Counted from the first letter of the stretch, positions 1-9,860 are shown. The stretch is DNA of 64,000 bases from a virus (IMGVR_UViG_3300027851_000011); one strand, 5' to 3'. A program made the numbers and translations. The notes: generated by a model not told the origin, from the letters alone.

Positions 1-9
1 GCTCGGGAG

Positions 10-1692
10 TTGGCTGTTCGTATCGCACTACTCCGAGCAATGGCCGAGCGAAAACTTCGACGCATGATAACATTTCATTCGTCGACGGCACGGGCAGCAT
101 CACATGCTGACTTTGTCCCGCACCTTCACGCGTGGTTGCCAGATAAGCACAAAAACAGTATTGTACTCTGGGCTAAGACTGTGAACTACCGCATGTCGAT
201 GGACGAACGTCGTCTTACCCTAAAAGAGTTCGTGGAGAGTTCTAGTCCTGGGATTCTGACAAATGCAAAATGTTTGGGTGAAGGCGTAGATGTTCCGACA
301 GTTGATGGGATTGCATTCATGGATGCAAAATCATCAAAGATCGAAATCGTTCAGGCTGTTGGCCGGGCGATACGTAAAGCAGACGGCAAGTCGAAGGCAA
401 CGATCGTGATCCCGGTCATATACTCGGAGACAGCGGGTTCGCAACAGTTTAATGATCGTAAGTTCCGTCCGATTCTCGACATACTTTCAGCGATACGAGC
501 GCACGACTCAACGGTTCTCGATCGACTTGAGCGGTGGCATCCGACCGCAACGACAGAACGGCTGCATACTAGCTCCGTATCTGCCGGACAGTCTGGCCGG
601 TCTTCCATGTTTTCAGTCTCGTCTAGTTGTGATAAAAAGATAGCTGACTGGTTTGTGGCGCGTGTTATCCAGCACGCCGGCGACTGCGTTCGAGATAAGT
701 GGCAGAAGTCGTACGAGGACGTGCGTAAGACACTAGCTGCCGGCCTTCCACTGTCTAGGACACAGAAACTATGGATCGCACGTCAACGGTACGCTTTTGA
801 TTCGCGTACTAACAGACGTAAAGAACTAATCGCGCCACTGCTTGTTCATGTTCCAGAACACCAGCCGATGTTAAAAAGGCAGCTCGAAGAGATCCTAGCA
901 GTCACGACGAAAAACGGATACGTGTCCTCTGTTAAGTGGACTAAGAATATGTACGGCATTCTTGACGATGCCAAGAACTGTCGTGCTGGAGGCGCAGCAC
1001 ACATAGCTGCTGTTAAGGCGTTGAACTCCGCGATACGCGCCTTCCCGACAAAGTCCAGGTACGACAGTGTTCGTATCGCGAGTCGATACGCTGATGAAAT
1101 AGACGCGGTAATCGAGCGAACAGGGCAGCGTCCAAAGTGGAAGCAAGGATCTGATAAATATGCAGCTATCCAGTGGGTGTACCGTTGCAGCAAAAACAGC
1201 AAACTGCTGTACGGTGTTCGTCCGACTTCGTGGGTGACGGCGTACTTTAAGCTCCCGAAGAGTACGAACACCGGATTCAACCGTCAGTCAGCACTGACTG
1301 GCTTCAACAGCTGTCTGGCTGGCGTGAAAGCGTTCTATGCCAAGCATGGCGTGCTTCCACGTACTATACACAAACGGTCACCAGAAGCACGGCTCGCTGA
1401 CCGCATGAATCACTACACTAAATCATCACAGGCCGACGTTAAGAAGGCCATGTGTGACTTCATTGCCGCGCTTCCGGTAGAAGCTAGGAACCACTCGTTC
1501 TTTTCGTGGATGCAGAAGGTTGTTGCGTACGTCAAGCGAACAAAGAAGTACATAACAGATTGTTCGATATGCTCAGCAACTCGCACTTCGCTCATCGCTG
1601 AGCGCCGCCACTGGTTAAGACACAAAGATAAAGACGTACGCGATCGTACTGTTTCATTCGAAACGAACATGCTACGAAAGACTAAGAAATAA
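10..1692 (+). CDS. SF2 (DEAD/DEAH-like) helicase, C-terminal part with long basic tail; probably begins upstream of the window
   Basis: Helicase motifs V/VI: ILTNAKCLGEGVDVPTVDGIAFMD and IVQAVGRAIRK; motifs I/II not in the window. Confidence 0.85.
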   Translation: MAVRIALLRAMAERKLRRMITFHSSTARAASHADFVPHLHAWLPDKHKNSIVLWAKTVNYRMSMDERRLTLKEFVESSSPGILTNAKCLGEGVDVPTVDGIAFMDAKSSKIEIVQAVGRAIRKADGKSKATIVIPVIYSETAGSQQFNDRKFRPILDILSAIRAHDSTVLDRLERWHPTATTERLHTSSVSAGQSGRSSMFSVSSSCDKKIADWFVARVIQHAGDCVRDKWQKSYEDVRKTLAAGLPLSRTQKLWIARQRYAFDSRTNRRKELIAPLLVHVPEHQPMLKRQLEEILAVTTKNGYVSSVKWTKNMYGILDDAKNCRAGGAAHIAAVKALNSAIRAFPTKSRYDSVRIASRYADEIDAVIERTGQRPKWKQGSDKYAAIQWVYRCSKNSKLLYGVRPTSWVTAYFKLPKSTNTGFNRQSALTGFNSCLAGVKAFYAKHGVLPRTIHKRSPEARLADRMNHYTKSSQADVKKAMCDFIAALPVEARNHSFFSWMQKVVAYVKRTKKYITDCSICSATRTSLIAERRHWLRHKDKDVRDRTVSFETNMLRKTKK

Positions 1693-1961
1693 TGCTGAGC
1701 ATCCTCCTGTTCCTGTTCCCACGCCTGCGCACCAAGCTGGTGTGGGCACAGGGCCTCACCTACGTCAAGATCATCCGCACGACCCTCGCGGGCTCCGTGC
1801 GGATGGCCGACCAGTTCCCGAACGCGGACGGTCCCGTTCGTGGAATGGCGGTCTACAGCCATAGCATGGCTGGATCATGCCGAACGACACGTCTGATCGT
1901 CATCACACGCGTCATCAATCGAAAGGCACCCGATGGGAATCGAAAACCCAACACTGGATGA
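1692..1961 (+). CDS. hypothetical protein
   Basis: 89-aa ORF coupled to the helicase stop. Confidence 0.4.
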   Translation: MLSILLFLFPRLRTKLVWAQGLTYVKIIRTTLAGSVRMADQFPNADGPVRGMAVYSHSMAGSCRTTRLIVITRVINRKAPDGNRKPNTG

Positions 1962-2121
1962 GGCAATCGCGCACTGCCGCGAACGACTCACCCGTTACCA
2001 CTGCGATAACCACCCGACGGCGCCGATCCCGGTGTACCAGCAGCACCTGACGGTGCTGTTGGCAGCCGTTGATTCCAAGCCGGCTGCGAAAGGACAACGT
2101 GTCGATACCAAAGAACAGTAA
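1933..2121 (+). CDS. hypothetical protein
   Basis: 62-aa ORF in a tightly packed + strand run. Confidence 0.5.
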   Translation: MGIENPTLDEAIAHCRERLTRYHCDNHPTAPIPVYQQHLTVLLAAVDSKPAAKGQRVDTKEQ

Positions 2122-2512
2122 GCTCCTGCGCTTCCTCCCGCTCGGGACGGACCCGAAGGAAGTGAAGTCGTGCTTCGGTGAACTTCCACAGGGCAACGAG
2201 AGCGCGCATGCCAAAGGCTGCCCGTACTGCGAGCACTTCAATGGCGGTTCGTCAGACCAGTGCTCGAAGGCGACGCGCTACCGCTACGCGAAGCCGTCGG
2301 AGAAGAAGAAGCTCCTGCCGCCAGAGATGGTCGAGTGGTACTACGGCGTGTACTACGACTGCGCCACGAAGAGCTGGAAGCCGTTCGCCGGCACGAAGCT
2401 GACGACAGACTACAAGGAGGTCCAGCTCATGGGCCAGATCTACCGCATCAAGCGCATCCTGTCGATGGTCGTCCCGAAACACCACGAGGATCTGCTCAAG
2501 GAGGCCAAGTGA
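2099..2512 (+). CDS. hypothetical protein with CPYC motif
   Basis: GTG start after AAGGA; CPYCEH...C suggests metal binding. Confidence 0.6.
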   Translation: MSIPKNSKLLRFLPLGTDPKEVKSCFGELPQGNESAHAKGCPYCEHFNGGSSDQCSKATRYRYAKPSEKKKLLPPEMVEWYYGVYYDCATKSWKPFAGTKLTTDYKEVQLMGQIYRIKRILSMVVPKHHEDLLKEAK

Positions 2513-2880
2513 GCGACGGCATCAGCGACAACATCGGCTTCTGTGCCTGTGGTCCCAGCGACAGCGACATCTTCCCGGTGTCGAAGGAGCTGGCTGGGGC
2601 ATACAAGAACGGCCAGATCACGGAAGAGGTCGGCGCGACGATTGGCAACCCGAACTGCGTTGCTGGCGTGTCGATCAACACGGAGCCGAGTATCCGCGAT
2701 AAGCTCGCCAAGACGGGCCTCTACTCGGCTGAAGACATCGAGATTCTCGTCGAGCGCATTGGAGTGGTTGACGTGAAGCAAGAAGTCAACACGTTGACGC
2801 TCAAGATCCAACCCAAGCACCGGGCTGAAACCATCGTCATCAGCTCGACACTGCTCGATGGCCCACCGAAACCCTCGTAA
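2509..2880 (+). CDS. hypothetical protein
   Basis: GTG overlapping the upstream TGA, preceded by AAGGAGG. Confidence 0.6.
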   Translation: MSDGISDNIGFCACGPSDSDIFPVSKELAGAYKNGQITEEVGATIGNPNCVAGVSINTEPSIRDKLAKTGLYSAEDIEILVERIGVVDVKQEVNTLTLKIQPKHRAETIVISSTLLDGPPKPS

Positions 2881-3823
2881 AAGGAAACGCATGCAGCAGG
2901 CCCAGTGGTTCGAATCGAAGAAGGGGTACACCGTCAACTTCGACAAGGGCCGCTTCACTGTCTTCTGGACAGGTGATACTGGCGCCCCTTGGCGTACGGT
3001 GCACAACGGCCATTTCAGCGACGGCTTCAAAACGGTGTTCGACGCAGTCGACGCCGTTGAAGCCGCCGCTGGTGAGAATGGCCGTCGCGGCAACATGGTC
3101 GATCTCGATCCGAGTGTTCGCCAACGCGCAGCTGAGGAAGCACGCGCAAAGCGCGAGGCCGAAGAGGCAGCGAAGCAGAACGCACGGAAAGACAGCGGCT
3201 GGAACCGATTCAGGCAGGCCGAGGCAGAGGATCTCAAGAAGGCATTCAACCAGCACTTTACTGATGAGTCGAGTGACTTCACGGCTGAACACTTCGAGAA
3301 GATGTTCAGGTCCTCTGGCTTCACCAACGCCAACAAGACTGCTGGGACCGGGCCGTCAGGTAACCCACAACAGGATGAGTGGATCAAGAGGACGTTCGGG
3401 TTCGATCCGGCTGCTGAGTTCGCCAAGGCTGCACAAGCCCGGCGAGACGAGCAGGCCCGCATGAATGCGGAGTGGATGCGACGTCAGCGCGAGAAACAAC
3501 AGCAACAGCACAACCAGCAACGGGGTGACCCCGATGCTGCGCAGCGCTGGTTCGAGGAACTGCTTCGCCGTACGCGTGGTCCGTTCCACCAACAGCAGCA
3601 ACAGGAGCGCGCGGCGCCGCCGCGTCCGACGACATCAAAGCGAGAATGGCGGGCAGTGCTTGAGCTTCCACTGTCTGGTCCACTCGATCCTGCTGCGGTG
3701 AAAGCCCAGTTCAGGAAGCTGGCCATGAAGCATCACCCAGACCGCGAGGGCGGTTCAACCGAGAAGATGGCAGAGCTGAACACGGCCTGGGATCAGGCGT
3801 GTGCAGCTTTGAACATCCGCTAG
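2858..3823 (+). CDS. J-domain (DnaJ-like) protein with C-terminal J domain
   Basis: EWRAVLEL...VKAQFRKLAMKHHPDREGGSTEKMAELNTAW contains the HPD motif. Confidence 0.85.
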   Translation: MAHRNPRKRKRMQQAQWFESKKGYTVNFDKGRFTVFWTGDTGAPWRTVHNGHFSDGFKTVFDAVDAVEAAAGENGRRGNMVDLDPSVRQRAAEEARAKREAEEAAKQNARKDSGWNRFRQAEAEDLKKAFNQHFTDESSDFTAEHFEKMFRSSGFTNANKTAGTGPSGNPQQDEWIKRTFGFDPAAEFAKAAQARRDEQARMNAEWMRRQREKQQQQHNQQRGDPDAAQRWFEELLRRTRGPFHQQQQQERAAPPRPTTSKREWRAVLELPLSGPLDPAAVKAQFRKLAMKHHPDREGGSTEKMAELNTAWDQACAALNIR

Positions 3824-3834
3824 AAAGGCATCCC

Positions 3835-4383
3835 ATGGCGAAAGCCAAACTCAACTCCACCTCTTCCACTGTGAGCGACCCGCCGCCGAGCGATGGCGAT
3901 TCGCTCGGATATGCCAAAACGTGGCTGAACAATCGCCTCAGCGATGGTGCCACGTGCCCCTGCTGCAAGCAGTTCGCCAAGCTCTACCACCGCCCGTTCA
4001 ACAGCGGCATGGCCCACAGCCTGATCTGGCTCGTGCGTGCCTTCACCGAGACCAAGCACGACGGATACATCCACGTGCCGTCGATGTGCACGCGTGCCGT
4101 GATGCGCAACCGCGAGTTCGACAAGCTGGCGCTGCATGGCGTCGCCGAGACCATCCAGTCTGAAGATCCGACGGTGCGCTCCAGCGGCTACTGGCGCCCG
4201 ACGGCGCTCGGCATCGCTGTCGTCAAGGCTGGTGGGACCATCCACAAGAGCCTGGACGTCTACAACGGCAAGATCGTGTCGCGGTCTGCGGCCATGATCG
4301 GCATCCGTGAGGCTCTCGGCCAGAAGTTCGACTACGAAGAGCTGATGCACAAGAGCGTCGCTGACGTTCTGGCGTCGGCATAA
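3835..4383 (+). CDS. hypothetical protein (CPCC motif)
   Basis: ATG after AAAGG; strong GC3 codon bias. Confidence 0.7.
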   Translation: MAKAKLNSTSSTVSDPPPSDGDSLGYAKTWLNNRLSDGATCPCCKQFAKLYHRPFNSGMAHSLIWLVRAFTETKHDGYIHVPSMCTRAVMRNREFDKLALHGVAETIQSEDPTVRSSGYWRPTALGIAVVKAGGTIHKSLDVYNGKIVSRSAAMIGIREALGQKFDYEELMHKSVADVLASA

Positions 4384-4384
4384 C

Positions 4385-4732
4385 GTGGCATCAGCACGTG
4401 ATGCTGAGGTTGCGCGTCTTGAAGGTCTGCTCGTACATGAAGAATCAAAGCTGTGCGAAGACATCGAAGCCCACCGGCGCACGCGCAGTGAGTCTGACCT
4501 CGCTGCGTGTGTTACGCGAACCAGCAAGATCTTCGAACTACGTTGCCAGATTCGCGCCCTACGCCCAATCGACACCTACGAGGTTCGACTCTCGATAATC
4601 ATCAATCGCCTACGCGACTGGAAAGAGCTGAACTACCAACGGTTAGGTCGAGACTATGTTCATCCGATGAGTGTGCGGCTGTGGAATGATGAGATTTCAA
4701 AGATAAACGAAATCCTGGAGGCTATTGCATGA
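4385..4732 (+). CDS. hypothetical protein
   Basis: 115-aa ORF abutting its neighbours. Confidence 0.55.
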   Translation: MASARDAEVARLEGLLVHEESKLCEDIEAHRRTRSESDLAACVTRTSKIFELRCQIRALRPIDTYEVRLSIIINRLRDWKELNYQRLGRDYVHPMSVRLWNDEISKINEILEAIA

Positions 4733-5067
4733 CGGACTACTACATCGTCTTCTATGTCCATGACGACTACAATGGCGACGTCACCATCTATCGCTGCCTG
4801 AAGAGTTTCGACAGCTACAACGACGCCAGTGCATGGGCATACAAGATGCGCCGCAAGGTGCACGATCGTACGATCGAGCACTTCGATCCGCTGCCTCCAG
4901 GCTTCGAGGTTGAAGACCTCGACAGCCTGGAGATCACAATCCACCCACAAGAGAAGTGGATCGAGCAGCTCAAGAAGGCTGCTGATGACATCGAGAAGTA
5001 CACGCCCGAAGACAACCAGGAGGATGACGATGACGTTCAAGACGACGAGAATCCTGATCCGGGTTGA
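4729..5067 (+). CDS. hypothetical acidic protein
   Basis: ATGA overlap; GGAGG RBS. Confidence 0.65.
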   Translation: MTDYYIVFYVHDDYNGDVTIYRCLKSFDSYNDASAWAYKMRRKVHDRTIEHFDPLPPGFEVEDLDSLEITIHPQEKWIEQLKKAADDIEKYTPEDNQEDDDDVQDDENPDPG

Positions 5068-5290
5068 GCCTGATGGCACGCACGTCTACCGGAAGAACAA
5101 CAAAGAGTACCGGGTGACGAAGAGCACCGAGCCGACGGGGTTCTATGCCCCGTTCCGGTCTCGGCGCGAGATGTACAAAGGACGAACGGACCCGCGCACG
5201 ACGCGCTGGTTCGCTGAAGCGGTGCGTGAGCGCCGCCAAACAACTGGCTGCATGTTCAGAGCCGTCAAACCAGGAAGGCAGCATCTATGA
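5030..5290 (+). CDS. hypothetical protein
   Basis: ATG after AGGAGG; MTFKTTRILIRVEPDG. Confidence 0.55.
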   Translation: MTFKTTRILIRVEPDGTHVYRKNNKEYRVTKSTEPTGFYAPFRSRREMYKGRTDPRTTRWFAEAVRERRQTTGCMFRAVKPGRQHL

Positions 5291-5682
5291 TCGTCGCATA
5301 TCTCGAAACGGATCACACCAAACAGGGCGTCCCGTTCGTTCGGATACAGCACTATGCCACAAGTGATCCGCCGTATATGTACAATGGTCACGTCCACGCG
5401 CGTCGTCAGAACATCCCTGGCAAGACGAACATCCGCGATGTCGGTATATCGTCAGCTACGTTCAAAATGGAGGACGTGGCAGCCGGCGTGCTGCATCTGA
5501 AGCGCGACCCTGGTGGACGACCGAAGGTCTGGGCGTTCTGCTATCTTGAAGACCTCGTCCGTGTGCGTTCTGTCTTGCTGTCGACCTATGTGGCAGAGGT
5601 TAAAAAGATCGCTGACGACTGGCTTAATCGCGGAGCCGTCGCTGAGCGCCTGATCCTAGAACCCGACGAGTATCAATACTGA
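5287..5682 (+). CDS. hypothetical protein
   Basis: ATGA overlap; 131 aa. Confidence 0.6.
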   Translation: MIVAYLETDHTKQGVPFVRIQHYATSDPPYMYNGHVHARRQNIPGKTNIRDVGISSATFKMEDVAAGVLHLKRDPGGRPKVWAFCYLEDLVRVRSVLLSTYVAEVKKIADDWLNRGAVAERLILEPDEYQY

Positions 5683-5688
5683 GGCACC

Positions 5689-5934
5689 ATGACCATCGAC
5701 TCAACGAGCAGGCATCCGTTCATGCACGAGAAGCAGCCGACGCGTGCCTATCTGGTCACGTCGGCGAACGCACATGCGCGTGATCACCAGAAGATCGACG
5801 TCGGCACGGCACTCGGGAAGTTCCTCAAGAGCTGCCCGAGCATGCCGAAGGACGAACTCGATTGGCTCAGCGACCACTACAAGCGCGTCCACGCCATCCA
5901 CAACACTGAGACCACGGAGCTACCACCTGTATGA
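5689..5934 (+). CDS. hypothetical protein
   Basis: GAGG RBS; 81 aa. Confidence 0.6.
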   Translation: MTIDSTSRHPFMHEKQPTRAYLVTSANAHARDHQKIDVGTALGKFLKSCPSMPKDELDWLSDHYKRVHAIHNTETTELPPV

Positions 5935-6098
5935 TTGACGTCATCCATGTCACGGTTCCCGATGCGCTCACCACAGCACGGGTCATCGTCCAGACGCTCG
6001 GCGTTGACCACGAGCTGTCGATCAAGTGGCTCAATGCGCTCAGGAAGTTCGGATATCACTGGCGTCCTGATCGCAACGGCTTCATGAGGGGCGTATGA
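5931..6098 (+). CDS. small hypothetical protein (55 aa, not in the ORF track)
   Basis: MIDVIHVTVPDALTTARV...; ATGA overlaps at both ends. Confidence 0.55.
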   Translation: MIDVIHVTVPDALTTARVIVQTLGVDHELSIKWLNALRKFGYHWRPDRNGFMRGV

Positions 6099-6358
6099 AG
6101 CTCATCGGCCACAACACCAAGTACAAAGGCTGGACGATCTACCTGAATGAGCGCCTCGGTGACATCACGGGCCAAGGCTCGCGATTCAACACGGCTACCA
6201 AGCAGGTCGAGCGCACACGCTACTACGAATACGACAGCGTCGCTCTGAACATCTCGATCGCAGCGGCAGCCAAGCTGGCTGTCGATGCAATCAAGAAAGA
6301 GATCGACGAGCAGATTCAGGCCGCGCTCGACGCGCTGAAGCCGAAGAAGAAGAAATGA
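6095..6358 (+). CDS. hypothetical protein
   Basis: ATGA overlap; 87 aa. Confidence 0.6.
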   Translation: MKLIGHNTKYKGWTIYLNERLGDITGQGSRFNTATKQVERTRYYEYDSVALNISIAAAAKLAVDAIKKEIDEQIQAALDALKPKKKK

Positions 6359-6594
6359 GCCTGAAGCTCACAGTCTTCTGCAACAACTGCGTTGCTGACG
6401 TCATCGACGTTGGCGATGACCGCCAGGAGGGTGAACGGTTGGCGCGAGCCTACGCGATCTACCCGAACTGGAAAGCCACTCTCTGGAATGACCACGATGG
6501 TCGTGAACTGACGGGCTATGAAGATGACACTGTGCTCTTCCGAGCATGGTTCGATGAAGAGACACAACAAACCAAAACCGAAACGAAAGACTGA
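6355..6594 (+). CDS. hypothetical protein
   Basis: ATGA overlap; 79 aa. Confidence 0.6.
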   Translation: MSLKLTVFCNNCVADVIDVGDDRQEGERLARAYAIYPNWKATLWNDHDGRELTGYEDDTVLFRAWFDEETQQTKTETKD

Positions 6595-7028
6595 TGCGCT
6601 ACCATTCAAACTCTGACAAGAACCTCATGGGCTGCATCGCGCTCGTCGCGATCATCGTGATCGCCGTGATCCTCCTGATCGTCCGTGCCTGCGGCGGGCT
6701 CTTCCCCAACTACTCGATCGGCGACCGCACTGGCGTGGCCACCAAGGTGAGCAAGAAGGGCTTCATCTGGAAGAGCTACGAGGGCAGCATGAACGTGGGC
6801 GGCGTCGCCGCTGACAGCAACGGCCAGATGGTGCCGGTGGCCTGGGCCTTCAGCATCCAGGACCCCAAGGTGGCTGAGGCCGTGAACGCGGCTGCCGAGA
6901 AGGCCGTCCGGGTCACGCTGCACTACCACCAATATGGCCTGAAGCCCATCAGCCAAGATTCAAGCTATGTCGTCGACGGCGTGCGCGTCGGCGAGCAGTG
7001 GCTCGTGAAGCCGCCTGACGTCGAATAG
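6594..7028 (+). CDS. membrane-anchored protein
   Basis: N-terminal hydrophobic helix followed by YSIGDRTGVATKVSKKGFIWKSYEG. Confidence 0.75.
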   Translation: MRYHSNSDKNLMGCIALVAIIVIAVILLIVRACGGLFPNYSIGDRTGVATKVSKKGFIWKSYEGSMNVGGVAADSNGQMVPVAWAFSIQDPKVAEAVNAAAEKAVRVTLHYHQYGLKPISQDSSYVVDGVRVGEQWLVKPPDVE

Positions 7029-7062
7029 CGCCGTCTGGCGTCGTTGAGCGCTGTTCGCTGTC

Positions 7063-7390
7063 TACCCACCTCCGGTGGGCTGAGGTGGTGGGCAGCGTCT
7101 CAACATCTTGTCACTCCTGCTGTTTACAGCCGAAGTTACCCACCTCCCCACCAGACCTCTGCTATTTAGGGTGTCGATCTGTGCATGCAGATTTGTAGAT
7201 CTACTCGAACAAAGTGGCATCTAAATCGAGCAGATTTACATTTCTGCATGTTCCGATCGACACCCTCTCCCTGAGATTTCTCTTTTGAGGTGGGGAGGTG
7301 GGTAAAGAGAGTTGTAAGAGACTATAGAGGAAGAAGTTAGGGTGGTCTACCCACCTCCTTACCCACCTCACCCACCGTCGAGGTGGGTAA
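7063..7390. repeat. Non-coding locus with six exact TACCCACCTC copies in both orientations and nested inverted repeats; origin-like
   Basis: Forward copies at 7063, 7137, 7348, 7360; reverse copies at 7295, 7380; 17-bp perfect IR 7136-7152/7289-7305; 41-bp imperfect IR 7168-7208/7226-7266. Confidence 0.85.
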
Positions 7391-7417
7391 CTGTTCTTTG
7401 AAACTTGACGCCTTCCC

Positions 7418-7444
7418 TTGACAGCGGCCAGAGCGCCCTATGCT
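7418..7444 (+). promoter_or_regulatory. putative promoter TTGACA-N15-TATGCT
   Basis: Perfect -35 hexamer; spacer shorter than the canonical 17; same geometry at 46645. Confidence 0.35.
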
Positions 7445-7594
7445 CTGGACCAACCCGAAGCCTTACCGCTGTACTAACCGTGCTCTCTGTACGGTCTTGC
7501 TCGTAAAACCTACCTGTACTCGCTGCCCTTCGAAGGCTTCAGCAGTTGATTGCAGGGTCCTCCTACCCCGGCCACACGCCGGAAGGAACCCACG

Positions 7595-8827
7595 ATGTCC
7601 ACTCCCCTCGAACGTCTCCTGGCTGCTCAGAAGAAGGCCGCTGCGCCCGCCGCCGCGACCAACGCCCAGCCCGAGACCACCCAGGCCGCCGCGACCAGCG
7701 CGCCGGCTGCCCAGGCTGCTGCCGCGCCTGCGGCGCAGACTGCCCCCGCCGCCGCTGCGCCCGTGACGCAGGCAGCCCCTGCTCCCGCCGCCGTGCAGGC
7801 CCAGGCCACGCCGGCACCCGCAGCCCAGGCTGTGCCGGCCGCTGGCCCTGAAGACCTGACCGCTGCTGCCATGCAGGTCCAGGCGGCCCAGGCGCCGCAG
7901 ACCACTGCCGTCGCCACGGCCACCGCCACTGGCGCCGACAACCTGCCGGTCCACGTCCGCACCCAGGAAGAGGCCGCGAACGCGATGGTCGCGCTCTTCG
8001 GCAAGGACGCGCTCTCCACGGGCCGCTCGCTCGCTGACGTCGCCGACGTCGATGGCACCGGCATGCGCCTCGCCCTGCCGTTCGCGCAGGTGCGCAAGGG
8101 CAACTGGTCGGTGCACAAGTCGTGCCCCGATGCCATCAAGGAGTTCATGCCCGTCGGCGGCGTCGGCATGCCCTTCTACGCCGTCTACATCGCGCACCGC
8201 GTCGGTGTGACCATCTGGCAGGGCGACCCCTCCGATGGCAACCCGCCCGTCGGCGCCTACGTCGTCCCCAGCCCGCGCACCACCCAGCCGCCCGAGCTGG
8301 CTGAGACCATCCTGCGCGAGACCATGAAGGTCGGCTCGAAGATCCAGTTCACCAAGAGCGCCGACCGCGATCGCTACTTCCCCGAAGGTAAGCTCACCCC
8401 CGAGACGCACGTGCTGGTCTGGTCGCCTGACACCGGCTACATCCTGCTCGTCGTGCCGGGCTACAACGGCACCCAGGACACGCTCTCGAACTTCAAGGGC
8501 GATGTCGAGTCCAAGTACCCGCTGTGGCCGCTCTGCTTCTCGCTGAAGGAGCACGAGGTCATCAACAAGAACGCGCAGCCGGGTGACAAGAACTACAAGT
8601 GGGTCCACCAGAGCCTCGAAGCCAAGCTGGTGGCGAACCCGAAGGTGCAGCGCGTCGCTGACGCGTGGGCGACCTTCAAGTCGCAGAACATGGCTGACGT
8701 CATGAACAAGGCGATGGTCTTCCTCAAGGGTGAGGACCACAGCGGCATGAGCATCGACGAGATCGTCGATCTGCTGGCGAAGTACAACACCCGCATCGCT
8801 GCGCTCCCGCAGCGCAAGCGCGGCTAG
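7595..8827 (+). CDS. Ala/Pro/Gln-rich N-terminus plus globular domain; possible ssDNA-binding or annealing protein
   Basis: Very strong codon bias; AAGGA RBS; function inferred only from its position before the nuclease genes. Confidence 0.5.
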   Translation: MSTPLERLLAAQKKAAAPAAATNAQPETTQAAATSAPAAQAAAAPAAQTAPAAAAPVTQAAPAPAAVQAQATPAPAAQAVPAAGPEDLTAAAMQVQAAQAPQTTAVATATATGADNLPVHVRTQEEAANAMVALFGKDALSTGRSLADVADVDGTGMRLALPFAQVRKGNWSVHKSCPDAIKEFMPVGGVGMPFYAVYIAHRVGVTIWQGDPSDGNPPVGAYVVPSPRTTQPPELAETILRETMKVGSKIQFTKSADRDRYFPEGKLTPETHVLVWSPDTGYILLVVPGYNGTQDTLSNFKGDVESKYPLWPLCFSLKEHEVINKNAQPGDKNYKWVHQSLEAKLVANPKVQRVADAWATFKSQNMADVMNKAMVFLKGEDHSGMSIDEIVDLLAKYNTRIAALPQRKRG

Positions 8828-8846
8828 TCACTGCTGAGGCCAATGG

Positions 8847-8884
8847 CCCCGGCAGTCATTCGAGACTGCTGGGGTTTGGTTTTC
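8847..8884 (+). terminator. intrinsic terminator
   Basis: CCCCGGCAGTC / GACTGCTGGGG stem followed by TTTGGTTTT. Confidence 0.65.
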
Positions 8885-8909
8885 ACCATCCTCAGCAACC
8901 GAAGCCACC

Positions 8910-9860
8910 ATGATCAACCTTTCTCTCATCTCCCCCTCTTCGGTGGGTCAATACGCCGCGTGCACGCAGCGTCTCGTGTGGGATTCACAGTTCGGAAAGC
9001 CACGGCGCAGCAGCTCTGCTGCTGACTTCGGCACCGTCTGTCATTACACCGCGATGACGATGCTTGGATGCGGACCTCTCGACCCGCCTTCCGCCGCTTG
9101 CATCGAAAGTGCAGCGACTCGCTTTTCCTCTGCTGATGAAATGGCAGAGCAAGCCGAGATCTGCGCTACGTTTGCCAACAAGAAGCTCCCTACTCTCAAC
9201 CCGGACGCACGCTGGATCGCAGAACTGAACGTTCATGATCCGTCGCTCCTTCCCGAGCGCGTGAATCGCCGTGGCGAAAAGAAGGGCTTCGGTGGCAACA
9301 TCGACCTGCTCATGAGCGACAACACCCATGTTGTCGACTACAAGTTCACGGGTGAACTGCCTGACCACGTGAAGGTTGAATACGTGTGGCAGATGGGCTG
9401 CTATTCGTTCCTCAAGAACGTACCGCTCACCACCATCGTGTTCACTGAGAACCGTGGCAAGGCACCGAACACAACGCGCATCACCATCGACTGGCGCATC
9501 CCGAAGTTCGCAGAGTACCGGAACGCCATGCGGACGTTCATCCATCGCACGGGTCTGACCGACTTCGAGCGCTATGCGATGCCGACCTCAGGCTACCACT
9601 GCGACTGGTGCGACCACAAGGCGCGCTGCGGCGCGCACAGCAACAGCATGCCTGTCTTCGAGTTCGACATCGGCGTCACTGCGCCGAAGCCGAACCTCGG
9701 TGCAATCGACGAGATGCGCAAGCAGCTCGCGCTGCACAAGGGCATGATTCAGCCGACTGCGGAGCAGGCCATTGCTGGCGGCTCTGAGAAGGTTGAAGCT
9801 GTGGGTGTCATGCGCTCCGTCACCCTCGACACCAACCCGTCGAGCCCGGCGCTGTTCTAA
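8910..9860 (+). CDS. PD-(D/E)XK exonuclease (Cas4/RecB/AddB-like)
   Basis: GNIDLL...VVDYKF...WQMGCY nuclease motifs; C-terminal HCDWCDHKARC cysteine cluster. Confidence 0.8.
   Translation: MINLSLISPSSVGQYAACTQRLVWDSQFGKPRRSSSAADFGTVCHYTAMTMLGCGPLDPPSAACIESAATRFSSADEMAEQAEICATFANKKLPTLNPDARWIAELNVHDPSLLPERVNRRGEKKGFGGNIDLLMSDNTHVVDYKFTGELPDHVKVEYVWQMGCYSFLKNVPLTTIVFTENRGKAPNTTRITIDWRIPKFAEYRNAMRTFIHRTGLTDFERYAMPTSGYHCDWCDHKARCGAHSNSMPVFEFDIGVTAPKPNLGAIDEMRKQLALHKGMIQPTAEQAIAGGSEKVEAVGVMRSVTLDTNPSSPALF

Noticed and set aside
7463-8740. 425-aa - strand ORF
   Set aside because: Mirror of the codon-biased + strand gene.
8910-9860. cas4 of a CRISPR-Cas system
   Set aside because: It is a stand-alone gene in a recombination context; such nucleases are common in phages.
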